A DNA stretch of 63,773 bases, the filler included, from Octopus bimaculoides (taxonomy: Eukaryota): the NCBI RefSeq assembly GCF_001194135.2. It is 7 parts of 6 records of this genome, joined end to end, with 100 filler letters (N's around TTAATTAATTAA, not from the genome) between each part and the next. Parts side by side here need not be neighbours in the genome. Positions count along the whole stretch, not along the records: positions 1 to 22,118 come from NC_069007.1; positions 22,219 to 38,924 come from NC_069002.1; 5 more parts are not named here. The stretch is one strand, 5' to 3'. The notes beneath the pieces were generated by a model. It did no database searches, was not told the origin of the DNA, and worked only from the letters and a program-made list of their open reading frames with translations. Within the stretch, counting starts at the first letter, position 1, and each line of letters opens with the position of its first letter. Below, piece after piece: positions 21,944 through 34,462 of this stretch. Position numbers and translations under genes: made by a program.

Positions 21944-23849
21944 CACTTTCAAACTTCGGACACTGGTGGAATCGGCGGCGTATATTTCGTTTGTCACTGT
22001 TATTTATGACATATTACATCTAAGTTACGTTTGTATGAATAAACGTACGGGTGCGCCCAATTTTGATTCCGAAGTAGGCAAGATTTCCGCCCGTCCCCTC
22101 CCCCACAAATACCCTCTTNNNNNNNNNNNNNNNNNNNNNNNNNNNNNNNNNNNNNNNNNNNNTTAATTAATTAANNNNNNNNNNNNNNNNNNNNNNNNNN
22201 NNNNNNNNNNNNNNNNNNTGTGTGCGCGTGTGTGTGTGCATATTTGTATATCATTATCTTGGTTTGCTATTTTACTGATAATATACATGGAGTTGAACGG
22301 TAATTGAAAACTCCAAACACATACTGAGATTCATTATATTTCTCTCTACTTTGAGAAGATATTTCTTTTAACTGTCTGTTTTCTCCATTATAATGAATAA
22401 ACAAATCTATATTTCTGCACTTTAATTGTAGTGATCAGTAAAAGACTCAGTTTAAATTACTGTCGTCGAATAAATTCCGAATGTATTGTCAAAGAAACAA
22501 ACAGGAGAATTTTGAAGAACAAATTGTCAGAGAAAAATTATAACGTCCAGACATTGCGGTATCTTGGTTGACTCAAGCTCAAAATAGTAGGGACAAAAAC
22601 TCAAATTACACATTATGTCCTTTATAAGTGGTCAAAAGTTTACATGATTGAATCCGAGTAAATCCCGTCCAAAACGAAAACCCTAGGGGTAATGTGTGAA
22701 AATAGCATCGTCTTTAACTTGTAGGATATGTTTTCTTTGAACCGAAATTCCGTTCTTTAACTTCAAATTCTGCTAAGAGAAATATGTTTTTCTTTTTATA
22801 ATTCCAATGACATTTCAAATGAATGTACAATGTCTATGGTAGTGGATTCCCTTAATAGCAACAAAGCCGGAGAGGATATGCTACGGTGTTTGTTTCTAAT
22901 CATAGTTTTCTGTATTGAAACACTGTTAATGATTATTTAAGTGGTGGACTTACTCTGTTGCCTTGTCTGACACCGCCATTCACATACAGTAGCAAGGATT
23001 CCGGTTTCTGTTACGTTCCAGTACTCTCGAAATAGCTGTCAGAGGATAATGGCTACTACTACCTGAAATTTCCATTGTAATAAAAACTAAAAGTTTGAAA
23101 CATCTAGACCCCAAATCTTCTCGATTATAATAAAACTGTACAAAAAAAAAAAAAAAAGACTTCACGCAATACATCGTGAGACAACTGGAGAGTAACTACT
23201 TCTTTCCTTGACCTGCTAGAAATAGCAATGATTTCCTTTTGAAAACACAACCTATCATTCCGGCAAATGAGGGACACATGTTCGAGTAAATTAAGACATA
23301 GGAAAGGCTGGACAACTTGTGATTAAATATAGCATTGCATTGGGGGTAATTAACAATAACGAAAGAACAGTGCCTTATGAAACTTGAATTTAATTTCATT
23401 TAACGTCGACGTTAACCTTATTAATGATTCTGCTAAAACTGTAAGAAATAATACTAGAGTAATTGTATAAAAAAGCGTGAAATACAAAATTAAAATCTGA
23501 TCTCACAATTTGAAAATTTAAAACACTTAACTCTTGCGAATGGCTGTTAATTTTATGTAATTTTTGAGATTTGTTCATCCTTCGCAGGTTATTGAAACTC
23601 CTTCATGAATTCTCCCATAGATTTTATTGCATTTAAACAAAAATTTCATCATTTGTTTTTCCTTTACAATGTCTGCTTATCTTTTGGTCTTTTTCTTATT
23701 ACCAACGTCACGAGTGGATGGAGTAGGTGATACTACTAAAAGGGGTATTTCCTGGGCGCTTTATAATACCAGATCTCCTCATTACTCTAGGTGATTATAC
23801 TTTCGTTGTGGTGAAACCTGACATCCCTGTGGGATAGCAAGTCAACTGT

Positions 23850-23900
23850 CCTAAAACGCATAAAGGCGCATGCGCACTTTCAATTAGGGGCGGTGTGGTT
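23850..23900. promoter_or_regulatory. Candidate (possibly bidirectional) promoter: NRF1-type palindrome plus GC box
   Basis: GCGCATGCGC at 23866-23875 and GGGGCGG at 23887-23893, in CpG-retaining unique sequence about 3 kb upstream of the SART1 ATG. Confidence 0.5.
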
Positions 23901-24419
23901 GTGCAGGCGCTTTGTGAAGACAGTCGTAAAAGTCGTAGAGATGAGATATTGTTTGTTACGTGTTATTTCTGATTGATATTTCTATTGTAATAACCTTGTT
24001 ATAAGTCCACGTTATAAAGTGGCATTTACAGTGAGTCCAAAGTAGGACATAACAGTGTGAACAAGACACAACATCTTTACTGTTGGCTGTGCTGAAAGAT
24101 TGTTTTTAGGATTTCGTGCTTTGCTCTTGGTAATTAGGATTGAACAAACTTATTTTCCGACTTTCGAATCGTGATTGGTGTCGCTTAGAACCGACAACTA
24201 CAATAATAAATGATTAATTATTGTTCTTGCTTTTCTTAAAGAGAATCTCTGTGCAGAAAGGTGGCCTTAAATGAGTTTTGCTTGCAGGTCTGTAACCACA
24301 GGATGATGCTCTATAACATTTTAATTACTTCCTCCAGTACGCCATAAAGAGCAGCGTTCCGATATAAATTTCCAGTGTTTCACGATCATGGATACTCCTA
24401 TGTCTTTGTTGATGTACAC

Positions 24420-24955
24420 TAGGGGTCACCAAACTGCGGCCCCAGGGCCGGATTCGGCCTGCAAGTTCAGCTTATCCAGCCCGCCGCTGCACTGAAATTT
24501 TGTGTAAGTACATGCAATGAAAGTTCGTTTGCCTCTGGTATGGCGTCAATGTTTGGAACAACTTATGTCTGTGAGCAAACAAAAATGAAGAATGTGATGT
24601 CAGCCCAACGGACGAAGTTGACTGATGAATATTTGAAAGCAATCCTCTTGGTTGGATGCAGCAATTCCAAAAGCAAATAATGAGGATATCTTCAAAAGCT
24701 AATCCCCAGTTTCATAAATTACACTAACCTTTTTTATGCTGCTTACTTTGTGTGATTCGGCTATGTCCGTACTGGGTGTGATATAATTATTTTATTGCTA
24801 GCGTCAACTTCTTTGATAATTTTGGTAAATAAATATGCTGGTTGTCTTTATTCTTTGTGTATTCACAGTATTGTATTGAACAAAATTGTTATGCAGCCCA
24901 CGGTCGTCATTCTCCCAGTTATCTGGCCTGCTGTGGAAATGTTTGGTGACCCCTG
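24420..24955 (+). mobile_element. hAT (Charlie/SPIN-like) deletion derivative
   Basis: TIR (t)AGGGGTCACCAAAC / GTTTGGTGACCCCTG. Internal remnant MFGTTYVCEQ..MK.....RTKLTDEYLKAIL of the hAT C-terminal dimerisation domain. TSD is degenerate. Confidence 0.85.
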
Positions 24956-27499
24956 GTCTAAATCAATTACATTTGGTCATATGTTATGCCTGCATCATCT
25001 ACTGACTTATTTTGTCACGGACGCACTTCGAAACACGGTTCAACTCTGTCACCATTTTCAGTATCGGCCCCTTTGTGGATCTTCTCCACAAACGCTGTAG
25101 CAGTAGCACGTAGGGAGGTGTGGTGCGTGCTGTTTGGGATTATGCTTTCGTTCCGACACCTATTTTTAGATAATATAACTGGTATCTTATGAAACAAACG
25201 AAAATTCTGTGATCGTGTTAAGACGCTGGTAAGTTACGTTTCTTCTCTGATATAAATTTGATGAATAGGAATAGCGTGTTCACGTTTAAAAAATATTCTC
25301 ACGTGATATATTCCAATTATACCATCGAGGCGATTATACCATCTTTATCATTTATCCTTTCAGGAACGTTAGATTAGGAACCAACTAAATCTCGAGAACA
25401 ATCTCGTCATCAGTAATGATTATGTGGAGATTCTTTTGTGATAGAAAAAGATCGGCAAACATATTTCTGCTGCATAGAAACAGCTGCAGGTGTTTCTTTT
25501 GGCAACACGTATTGTTATGCACTGTGGCCCCATTTGATGTTATGCATAATCAGAGCTTTACGTTTAGTTCAGTGAATATTCTATATCTAGCCTGATTACA
25601 GTATTTTAGACATTCAGTTGTAAAGAATCCTCTACATCTATCAGTAATATTATTGTTTCTGACAATGCCAACAATATATCATAGTTTTCTATTGTAATTT
25701 AATAGTTGTTACTGTGATGCTACTACGAGTCTTTCTGCTCTTCCCTAGGAACTGATTCTCTTACCTAGAATGCTGATGGTGATTTCCTTACTAATATCAG
25801 GTATTTTAACACAGTTATCAGACAAAGACTAGTGTATCACTGGATTTTTTAATATATTTTTTACTTTTTATGGGATTGAATCTTCAGTGCGCTGAACTTC
25901 AATAAACCTAACGGATCCTTAATTTCAAAACAGAATTTCAGATTAGTGTGAGAGGGGGATTCAGTTTCTAATACTTGGAGATAAAACAGGCTTATAGAAG
26001 CTCTGTCATTGTTCTGAGTAAAACTAGTGAATGCTTAACTGCAGAACACACATGCTGAATTAAAACTATCATCATAAGGTGTTGCAGCTGTGTCTGTTTC
26101 TGTTTTCAAATACCATATTTCCTATTTTAAACATTTATTACAGAGGCCCTTTACCTATAAATTTCTCAAAGACTAATTTGTGCTAATTTTGGTTGTATCC
26201 CCTTATATATCGAGCGAACACACAGTGGATACCTCGTACCTTATTATTGTGAAAGATATATGAAGATGCTTGCTTCACAGATATTTAGTAAATACAATGT
26301 GATGAAAGATGTCAGGAAGAATTTGGTCGCAGTTCGCTCTTCATCTTATATTCATTACTCATCATTGAACAAGTAGACTAATTTAAAGCCCATTGAGTCT
26401 ATTACGCAGCGCCCTTCTTGCCCTTGGTTTCAAATGAATATACATCTATCAGTTATTTGTAGATGCTATATTTAATTACAAAAAGCATTGAGTGTACACA
26501 TAACATGTTGTCTATGATCAGTTCCTCTACACCTCTTATTGGTCTCATAATTATCTTAAAGCGATGTTTTACGTTTTGGAAGAGTAAACCCGGCATTAGT
26601 TATTTTTTGTTTTTAATTTTAACGTAACATTTTCTTCAAAGAATTCTAGATGTCTGTATTTTTCGATGTTTTGAGTTAATCGTTTTCCTTAACTTTTTTT
26701 CCCAAAATCATAATTACTCTATTCATCAGCAATTAAACAGGGTGACCATCATATAACTTCCTTCCTTTTGGAATGACACTCGGCATCAAAGTTCATTTAT
26801 ATCTGAATAGAGATATAGATTATGGTGCAGAAATCAATGGCAGAGGAGATGGGTTGTCCTTTAACTCACGTAAAACGGATGCTTAAATTTAGGAATTAAT
26901 GACGTTGACAGACAAAGTATTAACAGAGAAATGTATGTCATATTGGAATAATTGTGTTTTTATTTATGTATTTATATATGTTTTCAATATAATTTTCAAA
27001 TAGTATAGACTAGAGTGAGGTGTCTACTTCAGTTTCGAGACGTAATTAAAGAAATGTTATTACTTTCTCATTCATATCTATGAACATTGTGAAGAAAACT
27101 GTCAAATGCAACACAATAGGCAAGTCATATAATTGAAATAAAAATATTTCTTTTTTATTTGTCTTTGTGATCAATTTCTGTTTAATCAAGAGAGTGGAGA
27201 AGCTATACGAGAAAGTCCAAACATTTGTGAACATCTGGTGTAAATACATGTATACATACACACCGAGATTTACANNNNNNNNNNNNNNNNNNNNNNNNNN
27301 NNNNNNNNNNNNNNNNNNNNNNNNNNNNNNNNNNNNNNNNNNNNNNNNNNNNNNNNNNNNNNNNNNNNNNNNNNNNNNNNNNNNNNNNNNNNNNNNNNNN
27401 NNNNNNNNNNNNNNNNNNNNNNNNNNNNNNNNNNNNNNNNNNNNNNNNNNNNNNNNNNNNNNNNNNNNNNNNNNNNNNNNNNNNNNNNNNNNNNNNNAT

Positions 27500-28900
27500 A
27501 TATATATATATATAATTAGCATCTCCCCTATTTTCTTAAACGAGTCCCTGATTTTCGCTAAAGGCCTCTCTTTTATAACCAGGAACAAGATAGATATTTT
27601 AGCTAGGAAAATTATCATACAAAATGAGGACAGGTTATGGACAAGGTGCATAACCTACCCTTAAGGATTTTGATATTGCTATGGGTTCAAGTGACTCGAC
27701 CTAGATTACTGATTTGATTGGTGCATATCTCTAAATGTATCTTAGTAGTGAAACTGCAGGGTGGTCTTTATAGGGATGATGCTTTGTTCAAACAGTCATA
27801 GAATAATGCGGAAAAAAATCAGAAAATTTTTCAAAAGCTTTAACCTAGGACTCACTTTCGAATACTGCTTGAAGGTAGCTAACTTCTTAGACACTACTTT
27901 AGATATAGACTGTAGCTTATATTATTCCTATAGAAGATCAGATGGAATTACTAGATGTGCGAGTAAGTGCTCTAATTATCCCCCTAATGTATTAAAATCG
28001 TTATTAAAATGAATTTCGAGAAGAATTACACTATTATCAGTTAATAGTGATATATTTAATTCATACTCCCACAATTGTAACTCTGCTCTTTCTAAGGCAG
28101 GATATAATCAGGAGATTCCTTTCCTTAAATCGGAAAGTCAGATACCCACAAGGAATTGTAATGAAAATAGAAGGGAAAAATAGGAACAATAGCAAGTAGT
28201 TGAGCATATAGACCTACTAGGATAACCTCTAGCATTCCTATTAAATCAATGAATAAGATATATAAAAAGGAGAAAATAGAATTGAAGGGCGGTAAAATGT
28301 CTAATATGTATAGTAATAGTAAGGATATGATTGAGATGAATGGAGCCTGCTCTAATGATAACATAAATACCGATAATGAGACCATAGCTGATAATCAAAC
28401 CGAGATTTTGAGAGGTAGTAGAATTGATTGGATCCGCGTTCATATATATAAGAATTCTAGAAATAATAATGCTGTCTGGTATAACATTCCCTTTAACTGT
28501 GCTATATCTACTCATATATATAGTAAGTTATATATACTCATAAATAAATTATATATTATATAAATAAATTATATATATACTCATATATATAGTAAATTTA
28601 TGGTGATTTTAGAAAAAACTTCCCAGCTTCTCATAAGTACAATAAAATCTTCTCCCGTCAGACAATCAGAATCTTATATTCCACCCTTCCTAATATAGGT
28701 ACTATTATAGCCTGATTTAATAGAAGAAATATAAAATTAGCCCGGGGAATTAGCAATAATAATACAGTCACTAGTATTTTAAACCCCTGTAATGATGATG
28801 ATAATAGTGAATAGACTGGAACCCAGAACAATAGAACTAAAATAAACAGTGATACCGCAAGTTAAAATACCTCATGCATTAGTGGCAAAACACCTGATAA
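27500..28900 (+). mobile_element. Penelope-like element, RT/thumb/linker part (decayed)
   Basis: Encodes DFDIAMGS, LYRDD (27766-27780), VANFLDTTL, SNYPPNVLK, VWYNIPFN and FPASHKYNKIFSRQTIRILYSTLPN. Confidence 0.8.
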
Positions 28901-28934
28901 TACTACAACGAATTTGAATGATACTATAAATGAT

Positions 28935-28939
28935 ACAAG

Positions 28940-28997
<58 letters not shown>

Positions 28998-29001
28998 ACG
29001 G

Positions 29002-29038
<37 letters not shown>

Positions 29039-29240
29039 AACTACTACTACCACCACCACCATCAATACTACTACTACTACTACTACTATTACTGCTGCTG
29101 CTGCTGCGGCTGCTGCTGCTGCTACGGCTACTACTACTACTACTACTACTTATAATAATAATAATAATACTACCACTACTACTACTACTACTAATAATAA
29201 TAATAATAACGATAATAATAATAATCATCATCATCTGGAG
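28935..29240. repeat. Compound (ACT)n/(GCT)n/(AAT)n trinucleotide array
   Basis: Directly visible. Confidence 0.95.
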
Positions 29241-29274
29241 CAAATACAAGGAGCACAAGGAGGATGCTGAATTG

Positions 29275-31314
29275 TTGCAATTATAGGCCGTTATCCTGTT
29301 TGTCACTTATGTGGAAGTTATTGACTGGAATACTCGCAGAGTCAATGTACGAACATCTGGAAAAAGTGGAGTCCTGCCACATGAGTAGAAGGGTCACAAA
29401 CGTAAGTGCAGAGGTACCAAGGATCAACTCCTGATAGACAAAACTGTATTTAAAGATCATAAGACGAGGAAAAGTAACTTAGCCATGTCAAGAATCGACT
29501 TTCGTAAGGCGTACGATATTATCCCACATTCTTGGATTATGAAATGTATGAATCTATTTGTTATTGTATCGAATGTTGAGCGATTGCTTGGAAAATGTAT
29601 GGTGAATTGGAGGACGGACATAACAGCATTCAGAAGAAGATTAGGGACAGTAGAAATCATGCGGTGTATCTTCCAAGGGAACTGCCTATCCCCACTGATC
29701 TTTGTTCTGTGCTTGATAGCACTAACACTGATTCTGAGGAAAGCAAAAGGTGGGTATGTATTCAAAAGTCACTAACCAAAAGTCAACCATTTGTTATTCA
29801 TGGATAACCGCAAACTTTATGATAAAGATGAAGACCGAGTCAGTTCCCTCGTTGATATGGTGTATACTTTCAGTGTTCGGAGTGCGAAAGTGTGGTGTGT
29901 TAGTCTTGAAGAGAGGCAAAATCAAATATATGGACGGGCTATCGATACCGTTGGGGAAGGTTATGAAGCAGATAGAAGAGACGGGCAATATGTATTTGGG
30001 GATTTGGGAAATGGATAAATTGATGGAGAAAGAAATGAGAGAAAAATTTAAGGTGGAGTACTTACGAAGACTGAAGCTGATTCTTAGATCGAAATTAAAC
30101 GGACGGAATAAGATTGAAGCTATCAACACTTGCGCGGTTTCACTCCTTAGATATGGAGCAGGGGTAATCGCATGGACAGTAGACGAACTAAACAGCTTAG
30201 ACAGAAAGGCAAGAAAGTTGCTAACTAGGTATGGGTCACTCACCCAAAAAGTGACACAGACAAACTGTATGTACCAAGAAAAAGAGGGGAAAGAAGACTT
30301 ATTGGATGTGAACACAGCGTTAGAGCAGAAGAAAACAACATAGCATGGTAATTAAAAAATGCCACAGAACCGCTTTTATTAGAAGTAAGAGGATCGGGCC
30401 TATGTAGGATGAAAGATTGCATAGACAAAGCATTATACAAGCAATTGAAAACGAATGAAACTGAAAATAGGTGAGTAAAGAAAAGAATGCATGGACAATT
30501 TCATAGGGATGCTGAAGATAAGACAGACAGAGGAAAAAGATGACTGTGGATGACTAAAAGTAATTTAAAACAAGAAACGGTGGCTCTTATCTGTGCTGCT
30601 CAAGAGCAAGCACTAAGAACAGACTACAAAAAATACAGAATAGACAACACATCAGACAGTGATAAGTGCAGAATCTAGGGAAAAATTGGAGAAACCGTAT
30701 GGCATATTACCAGCCAATGTACGCCGCTAGCGCAGAAGGAATATAAGAGACGCCACGACAATATAATCAGGTTTGTCCATTGGGCACTTTGCAACAAGTA
30801 TGGACTTGACGGAGCAAAACATTGGTTCGACCAAAAACCTGAAGTCATCATCGAAAATGATAATGGAATGATCCTGTGGGGCCTTATGATTCAGTGCGAC
30901 CATGAGATAGAGCATAGGAAGCCGGATATAATCTTAATCCAGAAAGAAAACAAACTAAGCTGGATCATAGATGTAGCATGCCCAGCTGACAGCAAAGTAA
31001 ACGATGAGAAAGAAAGAAAAGTCGATAGATATGACAGGTTAGCATCGGAGATTAAGCAGTTGTAGTCGATGAAAAAGGTAGTAGTAGTTCCAATAATTGT
31101 CGAAGCCCTGGGAACAGTGAGTAAAAATCTTGAGAAGTACGTGGAACAAATAGGGGCTGCAAGAAGTGTGGAGTACTTGCAGAAAATTGCACTGATTAGA
31201 ACCACTGGAATACTCTGGAAGGTGCTCAAAATATAAGGGGCGTTACCTTAGTTCACTGGTAGTGAATAGCTGACACCGTAGTACATCTCCAGCGTTAGAA
31301 GCTGTGCAAAGGCA

Positions 31315-31315
<1 letters not shown>
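29275..31315 (+). mobile_element. 5'-truncated R4/Dong-clade non-LTR retrotransposon (RT, CCHC finger, restriction-like endonuclease), decayed
   Basis: Encodes [46 protein letters not shown]...ETVWHI.S.C, RRHDN and RKPDII...IDVACP (PD..D nuclease). Short 3' UTR followed by (TAA)n. Confidence 0.88.
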
Positions 31316-31432
<117 letters not shown>

Positions 31433-31446
31433 TCATTATTATCATC

Positions 31447-31860
31447 TACAGCTGCAATTGTAGGGAAGATCCCAATGCCCGTTATTAGGCAGTTGTTTAG
31501 TCCAACATGTTTACAAATATACAGTGATGACTAAAACTAGTAACTTTACATCGGATGTTCGATAAATATGAAGAAGCGCCTTAATATCCATCTTTCGTCT
31601 TTTAGACTTCGACATGAAACTAACAGTACATAATTATTTTTAAAAATCTCAGAACTTAAGGATAGCAATAGTAAATTTAGTCTTAAACAGGATATATCAA
31701 GGGAAGCTCAGCCATACAAAGACAGCCGATGTGGATGCCGACTATGTTGTATGGAAATTTACGAAATTTTTAAGTATAGAGATAAGAATAACATAATTAA
31801 TAATAAATTACTCCTTAGAGTATCTTGTGTGCATAGGGTCACCCTTATCTTCAAATATTT
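31447..31860 (+). mobile_element. Penelope-like element, Zn-finger/GIY-YIG part (decayed)
   Basis: With frameshifts reads SCNC...CPLLGSCLVQHVYKYTV...YIGCSINMKKRLNIHLSSF...AQPYKDSRCGCRLCCMEIYEI. Confidence 0.72.
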
Positions 31861-32699
31861 TAGAAACAAATAATATTAAACATATCATACTACGATTTGA
31901 TGGCAGAAATTATCTGGGGTGTCATATCTCTATTGTATGGAATGATACGTAATATTGCTCTCTTATAACCCCTACCTGTTTAATCTGCATTCCATTTATA
32001 CTTAGATTACACTATTTCCCTTTCGGTTCTAAGACTTTCTTCTCTATCAGTCATAATAAGTATATTTACAATGGATTACCAGATCTTACTCCTCCCTTAA
32101 GTATATTATATACTCGCTAAGAACTGTTATGATTCTACACATATCTGTACCTCTAATAATATACTTTGCAAATAATTTATAAAACCATTCCCAATGGTGT
32201 TTTATTTTATTTTATTTATTGTTTAATTAGCGTTTGTTATGAATATCTCGACTTATCTTTATTTTTTATCTTTTATCTCTTTTTATATCCGGTATATATT
32301 TTATGGCATTCGCAATATAAATTTTTTTATCTTTATTTTAATTCTTTCATTTTATAAATCCTTTATTGGAATTTTATACAAATATTTTTCCTTTTATTCA
32401 TATTTATTTTATCCTATTTATTCTTTTATATTATATTATTGTATTTTGTATGTCTATATACCCTCATATATACTGGTGTAATCTCTATAGATTATGATGG
32501 AGTTTGCAATCGTGATATAATATAATACAATATGGTATTGCTATTTATAGCTATATTTTACAATTGCCTTATATATTTCATTATATGTATATATATGATA
32601 TTTTTATACCTTCTTATATCCTTTCAGAGTTTTTCATAATATTGGTAATTTTCATATAAATATATTTTCCAAAGTTTTTTAAAATATTTACCTTTTATA

Positions 32700-33250
32700 G
32701 AAATATTTATCTTATCTTATTTTTATTAGACCCCAGGCTTTTATTTTTTTATTCCTTAATCTTTGGTCTTGATTCTATAGAAAATGCGTACCCCTAATCA
32801 GGTGATATCTGAATTTAATTATGGGTTCAATTTTGAATAATTTTATCATGACCACCTTAACATAAAGTTAGAAAGAAGTATTATAGGGTCCACCACTTTT
32901 CCTCTCTTACTTGGTCCTTAAATCCTTTTCTACATTTTAATATTTTAATACATAAACTTTACTAAGTTTCGATGCACATATTCCCCGTAACTTTAATTCC
33001 CACAATTAGATCCCATTATGATCTCCTTTGTTTTCATTTTAAAATCCCATTTAGCTGATAATCATGTTATGTTAAGTCACCCCAGGCGTTCCTCTTTCTG
33101 GTCATTACCTCGTCTCTATTTATCATTATCTTGCTAGTATCTTCTTAGACACATTCTTTTATATAGATATGGCTGATTTTAGGGTCACAGTAAGATAGGT
33201 CTTGGGAAGAGCATCTGACATTAATTAATCATCACCACCAACAACAACAT
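32700..33250 (-). mobile_element. Possible highly decayed Penelope-like RT remnant
   Basis: Only short motif echoes (IMGSNCG, PIIKF, HFL). Confidence 0.3.
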
Positions 33251-33709
33251 AACTGTCAATTCCCAATGATTTTAGTTCTAAGGGAATGCAGACCATTTGC
33301 TGCATTGAGTCTTTTGAATGTGATAAGGACAACGATGATTGCATCTAAATCACCATTCCTCTTTATTAACCCTCGTTATTGCCTTCTACCATTCTAAATT
33401 AAAATAGGCTTCAAGTATTTTTTCCTTAAATTCATTCTGCTACAATAATAGCAAAAGGAAACAATGTGATTACTTTAGTCTCTACTATTGGTGAAACATT
33501 TGCTAAAAATTGATAAAGGTGTGTCCTGTATGTTGGAAATCTATATGGTAGTATGCTTCCGAGGAGGGTGGTTTATTTCAAATTGATGTAATATTTGAAT
33601 CGATCGAATAAATGAAATCACTTGAAACGGCCTTAATATACCGATACCCGGACATCCTTGTTACTTACACACACACACACACAAACACACATACACACAC
33701 ACACATATA

Positions 33710-33753
<44 letters not shown>

Positions 33754-34347
33754 TACACAGAGAGTGAAACAGAGAGAAAGATTGAAAAAAAAATAAAACG
33801 ATAGAGTGATATTTAATTACATAGTAAGTTTTGTGTTTAGCTGTGTAATCAATAATTAAATGTAGCTACCATTAACGGGTAGCTACGTTCATAATACAAT
33901 CAGAGTATTCTGAATTCTGATGACAGCGTAATCCTTTACCTTTCATATAAATCTCCTCTCTTATTCACTTAATTTTATCAGTTACACTTCTCAACAATAT
34001 GACAGTGAATGGGTGAAAGATACCTGAGTGGTTTCCCAGATCACACTCGAAACATGAGACGGGAATTACAGTAACCCTGATCATTTGTGTTCTGCTTGCA
34101 CTAGGTTGGTAGGATGAGAGTTAAACGCTTGAACTTTTTGCAGCACAGAACTGCATATTTCTTCCTTCAGTTCATTGTTTTGAGGGCTGGCTTTAGTTTT
34201 GTGTTATATTCAGTTTCTTTGACTGCTTGTCATATTTTTTGTATCGTTAACTCAACCGATGTCTGTAGCTGACTAAGATAGAAATTTCAAAGAGCAGCGG
34301 GTCCTCAACATAGTTTGTGTGATTGAATTAGAAATGATGTCTTTTTC

Positions 34348-34358
34348 GAGAGAGCGAG

Positions 34359-34442
<84 letters not shown>

Positions 34443-34462
34443 TGAGAGAGAGAGAGAGAGAG
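34348..34462. repeat. (GA)n microsatellite
   Basis: Directly visible. Confidence 0.97.

Noticed and set aside
22163-22174. TTAATTAATTAA islands inside N runs (also 38969, 54307, 56903, 59711, 61906)
   Set aside because: An identical 12-mer centred in fixed-length (about 100-nt) gaps is a scaffolding spacer, not biology.
25015-25197. 60-aa minus-strand ORF in unique sequence
   Set aside because: Short, no recognisable homology, no supporting splice or start context.
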